IMG/VR virus record: IMGVR_UViG_3300025121_000023
Coordinates: 1-64,000 of that record
Reading direction: 5' to 3' (one strand)
DNA from: a virus
DNA length: 64,000 bases
Below are positions 51,666 through 61,388 of this stretch, one piece after another (positions within the stretch are counted from its first letter, which is position 1; each line of letters opens with the position of its first letter). Both the position numbers and the translations under genes were made by a program. The notes below the pieces were generated by a model. That model made no database searches. It was not told where the DNA came from and saw nothing but the letters and a program-made list of their open reading frames with translations.

Positions 51666-52076
51666 TTATAAATTTCCAATTATCCATTCATCACCAATCA
51701 TTTCTAAACATGATTCTCTATCATCATTAAACCCATGCCAATTATTTGCCCATTCTTTTAATGATAGATATAATTTTTTTAAATAATCATATCTATCATC
51801 ATCATTTTTAAATTTTTTTTCTACTTCACTTCCCATATTATCAAAAGTAGGAATATAAAAATAATCTACTCTATTAATAATACTTCCAGATACATAGAAT
51901 TTACTTACAGCAATATTTAACCTTTCTTTCGATGTGTATTTTTCTTCATAATTACTATCAAAATCATATTCAAATCTTTTATCTTTTTCTATAAATTTAA
52001 TTTTAATTAAATTTACAACATCTCCGTTATTGATTATATTAAGTAATCTTATTTTTAATTTTAATTTTATTTTCAT
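51666..52076 (-). CDS. hypothetical protein, 'ERY' family
   Basis: FKNDDDRYDYLKKLYLSLKEW. Confidence 0.65.
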   Translation of the reverse strand: MKIKLKLKIRLLNIINNGDVVNLIKIKFIEKDKRFEYDFDSNYEEKYTSKERLNIAVSKFYVSGSIINRVDYFYIPTFDNMGSEVEKKFKNDDDRYDYLKKLYLSLKEWANNWHGFNDDRESCLEMIGDEWIIGNL

Positions 52077-52436
52077 AATAGTTTGTAAATGTATAAATTA
52101 TTTTTTATATTTCCTAATTTATCATTTTTTTTCTAAATATCCTAATTTCATTAGTTTTATAACACCATCATTAATTTCAGATTTTGTTAAAGTAAATCCA
52201 GAATATTCAAATTCGTTTTCGATTGCATCATATAAAATATCATCTAATTGAAAACGTTCAGCTATATTTCCATCAATCCATCCACATAATAATGATAATA
52301 ATTTAATGTGATTTTTTGTTCTTTTATTCCAATTATCTAAATCATCACTTAGTGGGAACAAATCATTATGTTCTTCATATTTATCTGTTAATCCAAAATA
52401 CATATAATAATTTTAATTTTATTTTAAAATCAGATA

Positions 52437-52468
52437 CAAAGATATAATTAATATTTTAAACCACCAAA
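52437..52468 (-). promoter_or_regulatory. Bacteroidota primary-sigma promoter
   Basis: TTTG-N20-TATCTTTG. Confidence 0.75.
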
Positions 52469-52511
52469 TCTTTTTACCTTTTTGACCATCAAATTTTTAT
52501 ATATAGATAAT

Positions 52512-53270
52512 ATGGTAGTTAGTGAAACAGTTGAAATAAATATTGAACGTAGAAATATAACTTTTTATAGAAAATTAGGCTATGAGTTAAAAGTTGGAAC
52601 AAAATTAGTAATTCCAGTTAATCAATTAATGATAGGCGCTAAAAATAAAATAAAAATATTTTGTGATATATGTAATATACATTTTTATGTAGTATATAAA
52701 GATTATTTAAATTCTAATAAAAACCATAATTTTGATGTGTGTAATAAATGTAAATTTGAAAAAATTAAAATAACTAATAATAAAAAATATGGGTGTGATT
52801 CACCATTACAAAATAATAAAATATTACAAAAATTTATTGAAACTAATAATAAAAAATATGGTGGAAATTCTTCTAGTAATAGCCAAAAAGTATTAGATAA
52901 ACAAAGAAAAACTAGAATTAAAAATAAAATAGAAATACCATCTGATATACCTATTGGAGAATTTAAAAAATATAGAAACAGAGTAGATACATTTACTAAT
53001 AAAAATAAAAAAGAATTATTTAATAGTTGGAATGGTTATGATTTTTATGATGGAGAATATATTAAAGATAATCTTAAATTACATTTTAATGGTAAAAATT
53101 ATCCTACAATAGAACATAAAACATCTGTATTTTATGGATTTATGAATAAAATATCTGAAGAAGAAATATCCAAATTAGAAAATCTGGCTATTACTAAAAA
53201 AAGTATAAATAGTTCAAGAGGAAATAAAAATTTTGATTTATTCAGAGAAAGTTTTAATAAAATTATTTAA
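52512..53270 (+). CDS. putative HNH-type homing endonuclease
   Basis: CDIC/CNKC, two TNNKKYG repeats, PTIEHK...NL......INSSRG; ATG 52512 follows TTTATATATA; overlaps the ligase 3' end. Confidence 0.7.
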   Translation: MVVSETVEINIERRNITFYRKLGYELKVGTKLVIPVNQLMIGAKNKIKIFCDICNIHFYVVYKDYLNSNKNHNFDVCNKCKFEKIKITNNKKYGCDSPLQNNKILQKFIETNNKKYGGNSSSNSQKVLDKQRKTRIKNKIEIPSDIPIGEFKKYRNRVDTFTNKNKKELFNSWNGYDFYDGEYIKDNLKLHFNGKNYPTIEHKTSVFYGFMNKISEEEISKLENLAITKKSINSSRGNKNFDLFRESFNKII

Positions 53271-54464
53271 GTATTCTTGATATTCTAACTCATTTGGAGA
53301 TTTTGTAATTACCCGAATTAATTGTGGAATAATTTCTCCCTTCTTCGCTATTTCTACTGTACAACCAGGATATACTTTATTTTCTATAATCCAACCTAAA
53401 TTATGTAAACTTGCTCTTTTAACTATTGTGCCATCTAATTCAGTTGGATGAAATAAAGCTATAGGGGTAAGTTCACCATCTTTACCTAAATTCCATATAA
53501 TATCATTTATAACTGTTTCTACTTTATTAGGTACAAATTTAACTGCACAAGCCCAATGAGGATGATGATTATTTTCACCTAATTCTTTCCAATATTTAGG
53601 TGGAAAATTTAATACTATACCATCTAAAGCATATTCACAATTAGCTCTATATTCTTTAAATTTAGGATAAATTTCATTAAAAAAATGATTAAAATTGGTA
53701 GTTTCTAATGAAAATATATCACCAAATCCAATACTTTTAAGAGTATCTAATTGATTTTCTGGTCTAATAATTGTATCACCATCAAATATATCCATTCTAA
53801 AAGCAACAAAGCTCATATCATTAATAATTTCGGTAGGAACACCATCTGGTGTATTTAAAATTCCAGCTAACCAATTACGAGGATTATCAACTTTATTTGG
53901 GTTTGAATATTTTTCTTCCCATATAGCAGTAGGTATAATTACTTCACCTCTAATAACTACTTTTTTAAATACTTTGTATTTATCAGGTAATGTATTAGGA
54001 ACTAATAATTTGATTTTTTCTGTTCGGTCTAAACCGCCACCTTCTTCTTCATTACCACGTGTTAAGGCAATATATAAGCATCCATAGTGGTAATTAATTT
54101 CCATAGAGTTTCCATCAAGTTTAGGTGTGCAAGTTATTATAGGATTTACTACTTTATTAAAAAAGTTTTTAATATCAATAGGATATAATTCTTCATCAAC
54201 AGGTTGAGTAACCTGATATTTTTTTAATGATTGCATTGGAAAGGTATGATGAAAACGTAATTCACGTTCACCTATTTTTAATTCTTCTACTAAATTATAT
54301 TTTGCAAGAATTTCAAGAGATGGACAATCTATAATATTAGGTATTAAAGAACCCATTTCTCGAAGTTCGTTTTCTAATGTATCATAAACAGAATCAGATA
54401 CTTCTGTTTTACCATTGTAATACAGATATTTCCATTTTAATAGAATTTTTTCCTTTTCGTACAT
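53238..54464 (-). CDS. ligA: NAD-dependent DNA ligase (adenylation + OB domains only)
   Basis: YYNG...SDSVYD, MQSLKK, KLDG, LTRG, RGEV, NPRN, DGIV, AVKF, RASLHN, GEIIP. Confidence 0.9.
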   Translation of the reverse strand: MYEKEKILLKWKYLYYNGKTEVSDSVYDTLENELREMGSLIPNIIDCPSLEILAKYNLVEELKIGERELRFHHTFPMQSLKKYQVTQPVDEELYPIDIKNFFNKVVNPIITCTPKLDGNSMEINYHYGCLYIALTRGNEEEGGGLDRTEKIKLLVPNTLPDKYKVFKKVVIRGEVIIPTAIWEEKYSNPNKVDNPRNWLAGILNTPDGVPTEIINDMSFVAFRMDIFDGDTIIRPENQLDTLKSIGFGDIFSLETTNFNHFFNEIYPKFKEYRANCEYALDGIVLNFPPKYWKELGENNHHPHWACAVKFVPNKVETVINDIIWNLGKDGELTPIALFHPTELDGTIVKRASLHNLGWIIENKVYPGCTVEIAKKGEIIPQLIRVITKSPNELEYQEYLNNFIKTFSE

Positions 54465-54488
54465 TATTTAATTGATTAAAAATTATTT

Positions 54489-54536
54489 TACAAAGATATA
54501 ATAAATTTCTTAAACAACAAGATTATTGAAGTTTTA
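54489..54536. repeat. 48-bp direct repeat copy 1 (contains promoter)
   Basis: 47/48 identical to 55215-55262. Confidence 0.9.
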
Positions 54537-55193
54537 TGAATTTTTTTTTAATAGCTGATTAGTTATAATATTTATGAATTTTTTTATACCAACTGGTTCA
54601 TATTGATAAATATCATTAAATATATCACTAGAATCATTAATATCTATAAGATAAAAAGTAGGACCACCACCTTCATCGGTAATTGCATCAAAATTAAATT
54701 TAACTGTTTTATCACCTAAATCGATTTCAGTTTTATATCCAATAGTCCATTTTATGCCATTACGATTCATAACATCTTTACCTTCTAACGTAATTGCATT
54801 ACCATTATGAGGAAGATAATTAATATCAAAACCAGCATCCAAAATAGATTTTGAAATAGAACCAACAAATCTATTATCGAGTTTTTTATTACAAAGATAA
54901 GATAATTTATCAGAAAATTTATTTGGGACAGAATTTTCATCAAAAGTTATTTGAATTTCTTCTGTAGTTGCACCTAAAGTTAAAGCTTTATTTCCAAAAT
55001 CAGAAAAAGAACCACTATATTTTTTCCATTTTTCATTATAATTAAGATTAAGACTATTAAGTTTTAATCCACTAACAAATCTAGCAATAGCTTTGTTTTT
55101 GTCTTTTATCATTTTTGCAACTAATTCACCATTTTCATTTTTTAATGATAAATTCAACATACGGTTCCAATCTTTATCTATTATTTTCACCAT
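54534..55193 (-). CDS. hypothetical protein flanked by direct repeats
   Basis: 219 aa ORF. Confidence 0.7.
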   Translation of the reverse strand: MVKIIDKDWNRMLNLSLKNENGELVAKMIKDKNKAIARFVSGLKLNSLNLNYNEKWKKYSGSFSDFGNKALTLGATTEEIQITFDENSVPNKFSDKLSYLCNKKLDNRFVGSISKSILDAGFDINYLPHNGNAITLEGKDVMNRNGIKWTIGYKTEIDLGDKTVKFNFDAITDEGGGPTFYLIDINDSSDIFNDIYQYEPVGIKKFINIITNQLLKKNS

Positions 55194-55214
55194 AATATAA
55201 TATTTTAATTTGAG

Positions 55215-55262
55215 TACAAAGATATAATAAATTTCTTAAACAACAAAATTATTGAAGTTTTA
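55215..55262. repeat. 48-bp direct repeat copy 2 (contains TTTG-N19-TATCTTTG promoter)
   Basis: 47/48 identical to 54489-54536. Confidence 0.9.
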
Positions 55263-55326
55263 AATTATTTTTAAATGTTGTATATCAAGAACAGGGACTA
55301 TACATAAAAGTATTATAAGTTAATAT

Positions 55327-56460
55327 TTAATTAATTCCGAAATATCCTTTTAAAGCTTTTTTACCTTCTTCTTCCATAATATTTATAATTCTTCTATTAT
55401 TTTCTAATATTATAATATTTAAATAATAAAGAATTTTAATAAATTTATCTAATTCACTTGTAGTTATTTTTGCACCACTTAATTCAGATAATTCTACAAT
55501 TGTATTTGTAGTAGGAATTCTATCACCTTTTTGTTTAACTTTACCATAAATTAATTCTAATAAGAAATTAAATTTATGCCATTTTCTAAATTCGGGAGTA
55601 CTAATAATAGTATCTTCATATTCTAATATGACTTTATAATCATAAAATTTATCAAAATAAATACCTAACATAATTATAATTTCTATTGCACTTGAAATTA
55701 AAATTAATGCCCAAATATTTGTTTTATTTTCTTCTACACTTGATTCTAATTTAGTAGTTTCAGTTTGAATAATTCTGTTAGCATCAGAATCTCTTCTATC
55801 TTCGTAACTTCTGATTAATGCATTGTTATTATCTATTTTAATATTATTAGCACTTATTAAATTGGTATATTTAGTTTTATAATTAGTTTTAGATGCTTGA
55901 TTTGAATAATCAGTATTTTGTTCATTTAATAATTTATTTTCATCCATTAAAGGTTTAATATATTGTTCAAAATAAAATGTATTTATTGAATCTACTTTCG
56001 TATTTATTTTATTTTCTGTTGTAGTTTTAAATACTTCTTGATTATCAACAAATCGTTTAGCACCATTTAAACTAAAATAAAAAGAACCTAATACAAGTAT
56101 TGATACACCTATTAAAAACCCTACCATAGAAGATTTAAATAAATCAAATCCTCGTTTAATAAATTCAAGACTAAACATCCCAAATACAAATCTTTTTAAT
56201 AATTCAAACATTGTTAAAAAAAATATTATTCCAAATGTTATAAAAATACTATTACTAATATCATTAAATGAACTAAAAAATATGGCTTGTAAAAAGAAAA
56301 AAGCAAGAAATACAGATACACCGTTACCAAACCAAGAAAACCAATATAAAAATTTATCTACCCATTTAAATCTTTCTGAATAACTCTTTACTAACGTTCT
56401 ACTTTTTAACTCGATATATTTATCGAAATTTATTTTTGATTTGTTTATATTGTCAAACAT
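55327..56460 (-). CDS. multi-TM coiled-coil membrane protein
   Basis: three N-terminal TMs, coiled coil, further TM. Confidence 0.7.
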   Translation of the reverse strand: MFDNINKSKINFDKYIELKSRTLVKSYSERFKWVDKFLYWFSWFGNGVSVFLAFFFLQAIFFSSFNDISNSIFITFGIIFFLTMFELLKRFVFGMFSLEFIKRGFDLFKSSMVGFLIGVSILVLGSFYFSLNGAKRFVDNQEVFKTTTENKINTKVDSINTFYFEQYIKPLMDENKLLNEQNTDYSNQASKTNYKTKYTNLISANNIKIDNNNALIRSYEDRRDSDANRIIQTETTKLESSVEENKTNIWALILISSAIEIIIMLGIYFDKFYDYKVILEYEDTIISTPEFRKWHKFNFLLELIYGKVKQKGDRIPTTNTIVELSELSGAKITTSELDKFIKILYYLNIIILENNRRIINIMEEEGKKALKGYFGIN

Positions 56461-56544
56461 ATGTATTTTTATTTTATTTTAATTATGTATTTTATATAGT
56501 TCTGTATTTTGATGACAAATAATGACATCTGATACATTTTTTTC

Positions 56545-57744
56545 CTAATTCAACGACAAAACTATTGTTTCATCTCCAAAGGCGTTAATTTGGGTGAACT
56601 CGACCCTATTTATTTTATCATCTTTAATTGATTTCAATCTTATACCTTCATTTTTAATGTTTATTGCTGCGTTTAAATCCCTGTTTAGTACAGAATTGCA
56701 TTTTGAACAAGTCCATTCTCTATCTTTCATAGTTAATTTATCATTTTTAACTCCACAACAACTACATTTTTTTGATGATGGAAAAAATCTATCAATTTGT
56801 ATTACTTCTCTATCATACCATATAGCTTTGTATTCTAAAATTGTTTTAAATTTATTTAATGATAATTCTTGAATTGATTTAGCTAAATGATGATTTTTTA
56901 ACATTCCACTTACATTTAAGTCTTCAATAACTATAGTTTGGTTTTCTCTAAGTAATTGATTAACTACACTATGTAAATAGTTTTCTTTTATATTTGTTAT
57001 TTTTTCATGATATTTTGATAATTTTATCCTTATTTTTTGTTTATTTTTTGAACCTTTTTGTTTTCGTGAAAGCAACTGATTTAACCTTTTAAGTTTTTTT
57101 TCATTATTTCTAGTTGATTTTATATTTTTAAATACTTGGTTATCAGATGATACGATAAAATCTTTTATACCTAAATCAATACCTATAATATTATTTTTAG
57201 GTTTTTGTAATATTTTATTTGGCTTATCAATTAAAATGCTAAAATAATATTTATTTGATTTAGTTTTAGTTAATGTACCAGATTTAATTAAATATTTATT
57301 TTTATTTAAATAAATTTCATCTTGTCTTGAACATTTAAAATGAATATCTTTTAATGGTCTAATTATATTTATTCGATTTCCATTGATTTTACCGATGGCA
57401 TCAACAGGAAATCTACAAGATTGTTTGTTGTGTTTTGATTTAAATTTTGGAAATCCATTACCATTACTAAAAAATGATTTATAAGCAATATCTAAATTAA
57501 CTAAACTCTGTTGTAAAACCTTTGAATGGCTATCTTTTAACCAATTAAATTCTTCGATTGCTTTTAAATTAGTTAAATATTTTCCTGTTTCTACAAAAGA
57601 AACTGATTTTTTATGATTATTATATTGATCAATTTTATGAGCTAAACAATTGTTATAAACAAATCTGGATGATCCAATTAATTTATTCACATAAATTGTT
57701 TGTTCATTATTTAAATATAATCTTGTTTTTATTGCTTTTAACAT
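56545..57744 (-). mobile_element. tnpB: solo IS200/IS605-family TnpB RNA-guided nuclease
   Basis: HTH_OrfB N-terminus, GFPKFKSK, RuvC IGIDLG / IEDL / RDLNAA, zinc finger CSCC...CSKC; no tnpA adjacent. Confidence 0.93.
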
Positions 57745-57964
57745 TTTTAAATTATTGTTAGTTTTTTACTTACATTATATATTAAATAAAAAATATGATA
57801 TTTTTCCATTTTAAAAAAGTGATTATAATTGACAATATTTTACATTATTTGTCGTTAAAAAATATAAATATACTTAATACTTTTTACTTATATATTTATT
57901 ATAATAAATAGTTTATTTAAAAACAATTTTTTTATATATAATTAATATAAAACTAAATATATAG

Positions 57965-58483
57965 ATGAAAAAATTTAAGGAATTTATTAACGAAAATATA
58001 AAAAGTATACTAAAAGGTAAATCTGATGAAGATGTTATTGAACAATTAAAAAAATTAGATAATAATGAAAGAATTCAAAAAATAATTGAATTACAGTCAT
58101 ATTGGGAATTATTACCAAGAGATTTAAAAGGAGTTTGTATTTTTTTTGGAGATTTAATATTAAATGGTGATGAAGGTCATAATAAATTAGAATTTTTACC
58201 ACCCGATTTTATTGTTACTGGTGATTTAGATGTTAGTTATAATGAAATTAGATATTTACCAAAAAACTTGATAGTTAAGGGTGATTTGGATTGTACAGAT
58301 AATCAATTAACTGAAATACCAAAAGATTTAATTGTTGGTGGTATTTTATATATAGAATATAATTATATAAAGGAAATACCAGAAACTATAAATGCTAGTG
58401 CAATTATATGTAGTAGACAAGACTTAGTACCTAAAAAAAAGGTAAAAAAACCAAAAAATTTTACAGGAAAATTTATTAATTAA
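57965..58483 (+). CDS. leucine-rich-repeat-like protein with capsid-targeting-like leader
   Basis: MKKFKEFINE; repeated LPxxLIVxGDLD units. Confidence 0.75.
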   Translation: MKKFKEFINENIKSILKGKSDEDVIEQLKKLDNNERIQKIIELQSYWELLPRDLKGVCIFFGDLILNGDEGHNKLEFLPPDFIVTGDLDVSYNEIRYLPKNLIVKGDLDCTDNQLTEIPKDLIVGGILYIEYNYIKEIPETINASAIICSRQDLVPKKKVKKPKNFTGKFIN

Positions 58484-58485
58484 TT

Positions 58486-59082
58486 ATGAAAAATTACAAA
58501 CAATTCAACGAAAACAAATTGCCTAAAATAAAAAAAGGTATTAAAGAAATATTAAAACCATTTAAAGAAAATGAAATTGATATATTTGATACATTTAATT
58601 TAGATAAACAAAATTTTAATATAAAAGATTATATAGAAAATCTGTATAATAATGCCGATTTTAATCATAAAATAGAAAAAAAAGGTTTAAAAAAAGGAAA
58701 ACTTCAAGATACTAAATATAATGAAGTATTACTATATGATAGATATGTTCTTAGATTTTTCTTTATTTATAAAAAAGATGCAATCGAAATTGAAGAACCT
58801 AAATTTATTTTAGTTCAATATTATGATAAGAAAAAAAATATATTAAGTTCAATTAAATTATATAAAAATAAAAACAATACCCAAGATTTCTATGAAGATT
58901 TAACTGATGCTACTATCGAAATTGAAAAAGGTGATGATAATTTTATTTATAAAACATCTAATTCTGGAAATAATTGGGAATTAAAAAATCCAAAAGATGT
59001 CCAAGGTGATTTTAAAGACTCATTAGATAAAACAGAAATTAAAAAAATATTAAAAGACAAAAATACAAAAGTGAGTAAATGA
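58486..59082 (+). CDS. hypothetical protein with capsid-targeting-like leader
   Basis: MKNYKQFNE. Confidence 0.7.
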   Translation: MKNYKQFNENKLPKIKKGIKEILKPFKENEIDIFDTFNLDKQNFNIKDYIENLYNNADFNHKIEKKGLKKGKLQDTKYNEVLLYDRYVLRFFFIYKKDAIEIEEPKFILVQYYDKKKNILSSIKLYKNKNNTQDFYEDLTDATIEIEKGDDNFIYKTSNSGNNWELKNPKDVQGDFKDSLDKTEIKKILKDKNTKVSK

Positions 59083-59137
59083 AAAAAAAATTTAAATTCA
59101 TTTTAATATAAATTAAAAAACAAAAAAAGATAAATAG

Positions 59138-59581
59138 ATGGAATCCAAAAATAATTATAAATATATTGTTATAAATATACCTACAGTAAATTTTGAAAAT
59201 CGTTTATATACAACAAATAAATTAGTTAAAATAATTCGAATGTTATATAAAAACAATATTCTAATATGGAATTTTAATGAAAATACTAATGTTGATAATT
59301 GGGTAAGACTTTCTTTAATTGATTTGGATGAAGATAGATATATTATAGATGAAATGAATATAAAAAATACAGATGATATAGCATTTTTTGAAAAATATCC
59401 CGTTTATATATATATTAACTTATATATAAATGATTTGTGGTATGATTATGATTATGACTATCAAAGGGAGGATGATCCACACGTTTATTCAAATGTAGAT
59501 ATAAGAGATTTTAAAAGTATAATAGAAACTGGTAAAATACCAATTAAACCCGATTATTCACCAAGGAAATATAGGGTTTAA
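59138..59581 (+). CDS. hypothetical protein with PDYSPR C-terminal tag
   Basis: FKSIIETGKIPIKPDYSPRK. Confidence 0.65.
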   Translation: MESKNNYKYIVINIPTVNFENRLYTTNKLVKIIRMLYKNNILIWNFNENTNVDNWVRLSLIDLDEDRYIIDEMNIKNTDDIAFFEKYPVYIYINLYINDLWYDYDYDYQREDDPHVYSNVDIRDFKSIIETGKIPIKPDYSPRKYRV

Positions 59582-59589
59582 TTGTTAGT

Positions 59590-60045
59590 TCATCCAGTAA
59601 TATCTTTAATTTCTTTTTTAGAATCTCTATCTTTGATATAATTTCTTTTATCTGCAACCTTTCTACCTTTTGCTAATGCTATTTCCATTTTAAAAAACCC
59701 TTTATCGTTAGTATAAAGTTTCAATGGAACAATAGATAAACCTTTTTCTTCAATTTCAATTTTTAGTTTAAGCAATTGCTTTTTATGTAATAATAATTTT
59801 CTATCCCTTATAGGATCAACATTATTATAAGAACCTTCTTCTAATATAGATATATTCATACCTTTAATAAATAATTCATTATCGATAAAAATACAATATG
59901 TACCGTTTATGTTAACTTTATTATCTCTTACTGATTTAACTTCTGTGCCTGTTAAAACAATACCAGCTTCGATTTTATTTATAATTTCAAAATCAAAATA
60001 TGCTCGTTTATTTTTAAATGTACTTGTTAATTTTTTCTTTTTCAT
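59590..60045 (-). CDS. smpB: SsrA-binding protein SmpB
   Basis: NKRAYFDF, EAGIVLTGTEVKSVR, RDRKLLLHK, VPLKLY, LAKGRK..DKR. Confidence 0.95.
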   Translation of the reverse strand: MKKKKLTSTFKNKRAYFDFEIINKIEAGIVLTGTEVKSVRDNKVNINGTYCIFIDNELFIKGMNISILEEGSYNNVDPIRDRKLLLHKKQLLKLKIEIEEKGLSIVPLKLYTNDKGFFKMEIALAKGRKVADKRNYIKDRDSKKEIKDITG

Positions 60046-60380
60046 TATTTTCCTGGGATTACATAAAGTTCAATAGTGGATACTTGTTTTAATAAATTGA
60101 AAAATTCTTCTCTATATTCATAACTAATACTTTCTAAAGTAGAAGGTAATTCATTACCATTAAGAGGAATATATACATATCCTTTTGTAAATGGTTTATC
60201 TTTAATATTTACAGAATATACTATGACACCTATCGCATCTGTATTATATTTAGCACTTACACCATTAACAGTAAAGGTTAGTGATTTTTCAGTCTTTACT
60301 ACTATTATAGTATCTAATATATTTACTTCATTATGATCAATTACGTGTTCATGTGGTTTATTAAAAATTATCTTTTTCAT
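60045..60380 (-). CDS. hypothetical protein
   Basis: 111 aa ORF. Confidence 0.55.
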   Translation of the reverse strand: MKKIIFNKPHEHVIDHNEVNILDTIIVVKTEKSLTFTVNGVSAKYNTDAIGVIVYSVNIKDKPFTKGYVYIPLNGNELPSTLESISYEYREEFFNLLKQVSTIELYVIPGK

Positions 60381-60466
60381 TCTTGTTTATTATTTTTTAA
60401 TTACAAATATAATAAATATATTGTAATTTACTATATTTGTTTATATAATTTTATATATATTATATT

Positions 60467-61303
60467 ATGAGTGTAAAAAGTTTTAAAAATTTTGTAAATG
60501 AAAATATTAAAGATCTACTAGTTGGTAAATCATCAGAAGATATTAAAAATCAACTTAAAGGTAAATCTTTTTCAGAAATATTGAATTTAACAAAGAAGTA
60601 TAATATTTATTTTATGGATTTTTTTACAAAAAAAGAACTTAAAGATATTTTTAAAGATTGTTCATTTAAAGAAATTTATGATCAAATAAGATTTAATGGT
60701 GATATAGAAAATATATTTACAAGAGATGAAATAAAAGAATTATTAAAAAAAGATGTACTTAGTAGCACTACTACATATCTTCATAATTACGATTTAAAAT
60801 TAAATAATTTATTTACAAAAGAAGAAGTAAGAGAATTATTAAAAAAAAATAAATGGTATGATGTATTTAAATTTTTAAAAGATAATGATAAATCGTACAA
60901 AGAATATTTATCAAAAAATGATATAATTGAATTAGCTGAAAACCGTTTTGGCAAAAAAATACATAATATATTTGATTTAATCAATATTATGTTTTATAAC
61001 GGAAATATAAATATATTTGACATATTCACAAAAGAAGAAATAAAAAAAGAGTTAGATAAAATATATTTTTATTATCATAATGATATTATAAAAATGTATA
61101 AATTGCCGTTTGATTTAGTATATCCTACAAAAGAACAATTAATTGATTTAATACAAAGATTTTATTATGAAGAAAAAAATATAAGTCGTAATCAAATTAA
61201 CAATTATTTAAATCAATTTAATATTGATTTAGATAATCCAAAGTATTTAAATATATCTAAATTAGAAAAAGATGTACAAAAAAATCGTAATGAAGTTAAA
61301 TAA
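60467..61303 (+). CDS. helical repeat protein with capsid-targeting-like leader
   Basis: MSVKSFKNFVNENIKDLLVGKS; repeated FTKEE(I/V)KELL units. Confidence 0.7.
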   Translation: MSVKSFKNFVNENIKDLLVGKSSEDIKNQLKGKSFSEILNLTKKYNIYFMDFFTKKELKDIFKDCSFKEIYDQIRFNGDIENIFTRDEIKELLKKDVLSSTTTYLHNYDLKLNNLFTKEEVRELLKKNKWYDVFKFLKDNDKSYKEYLSKNDIIELAENRFGKKIHNIFDLINIMFYNGNINIFDIFTKEEIKKELDKIYFYYHNDIIKMYKLPFDLVYPTKEQLIDLIQRFYYEEKNISRNQINNYLNQFNIDLDNPKYLNISKLEKDVQKNRNEVK

Positions 61304-61388
61304 GAATTAGTATAAGGTGCTGTTATGAAAGGAAATTTTGTAAATTAAGAAAATTTATATATAGTTATAGAAATAAATAAAATTAGAT

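Noticed and set aside
59590-60045. tmRNA or tRNA genes near smpB
   Set aside because: No tRNA-like or tmRNA-like sequence could be recognised in the window.
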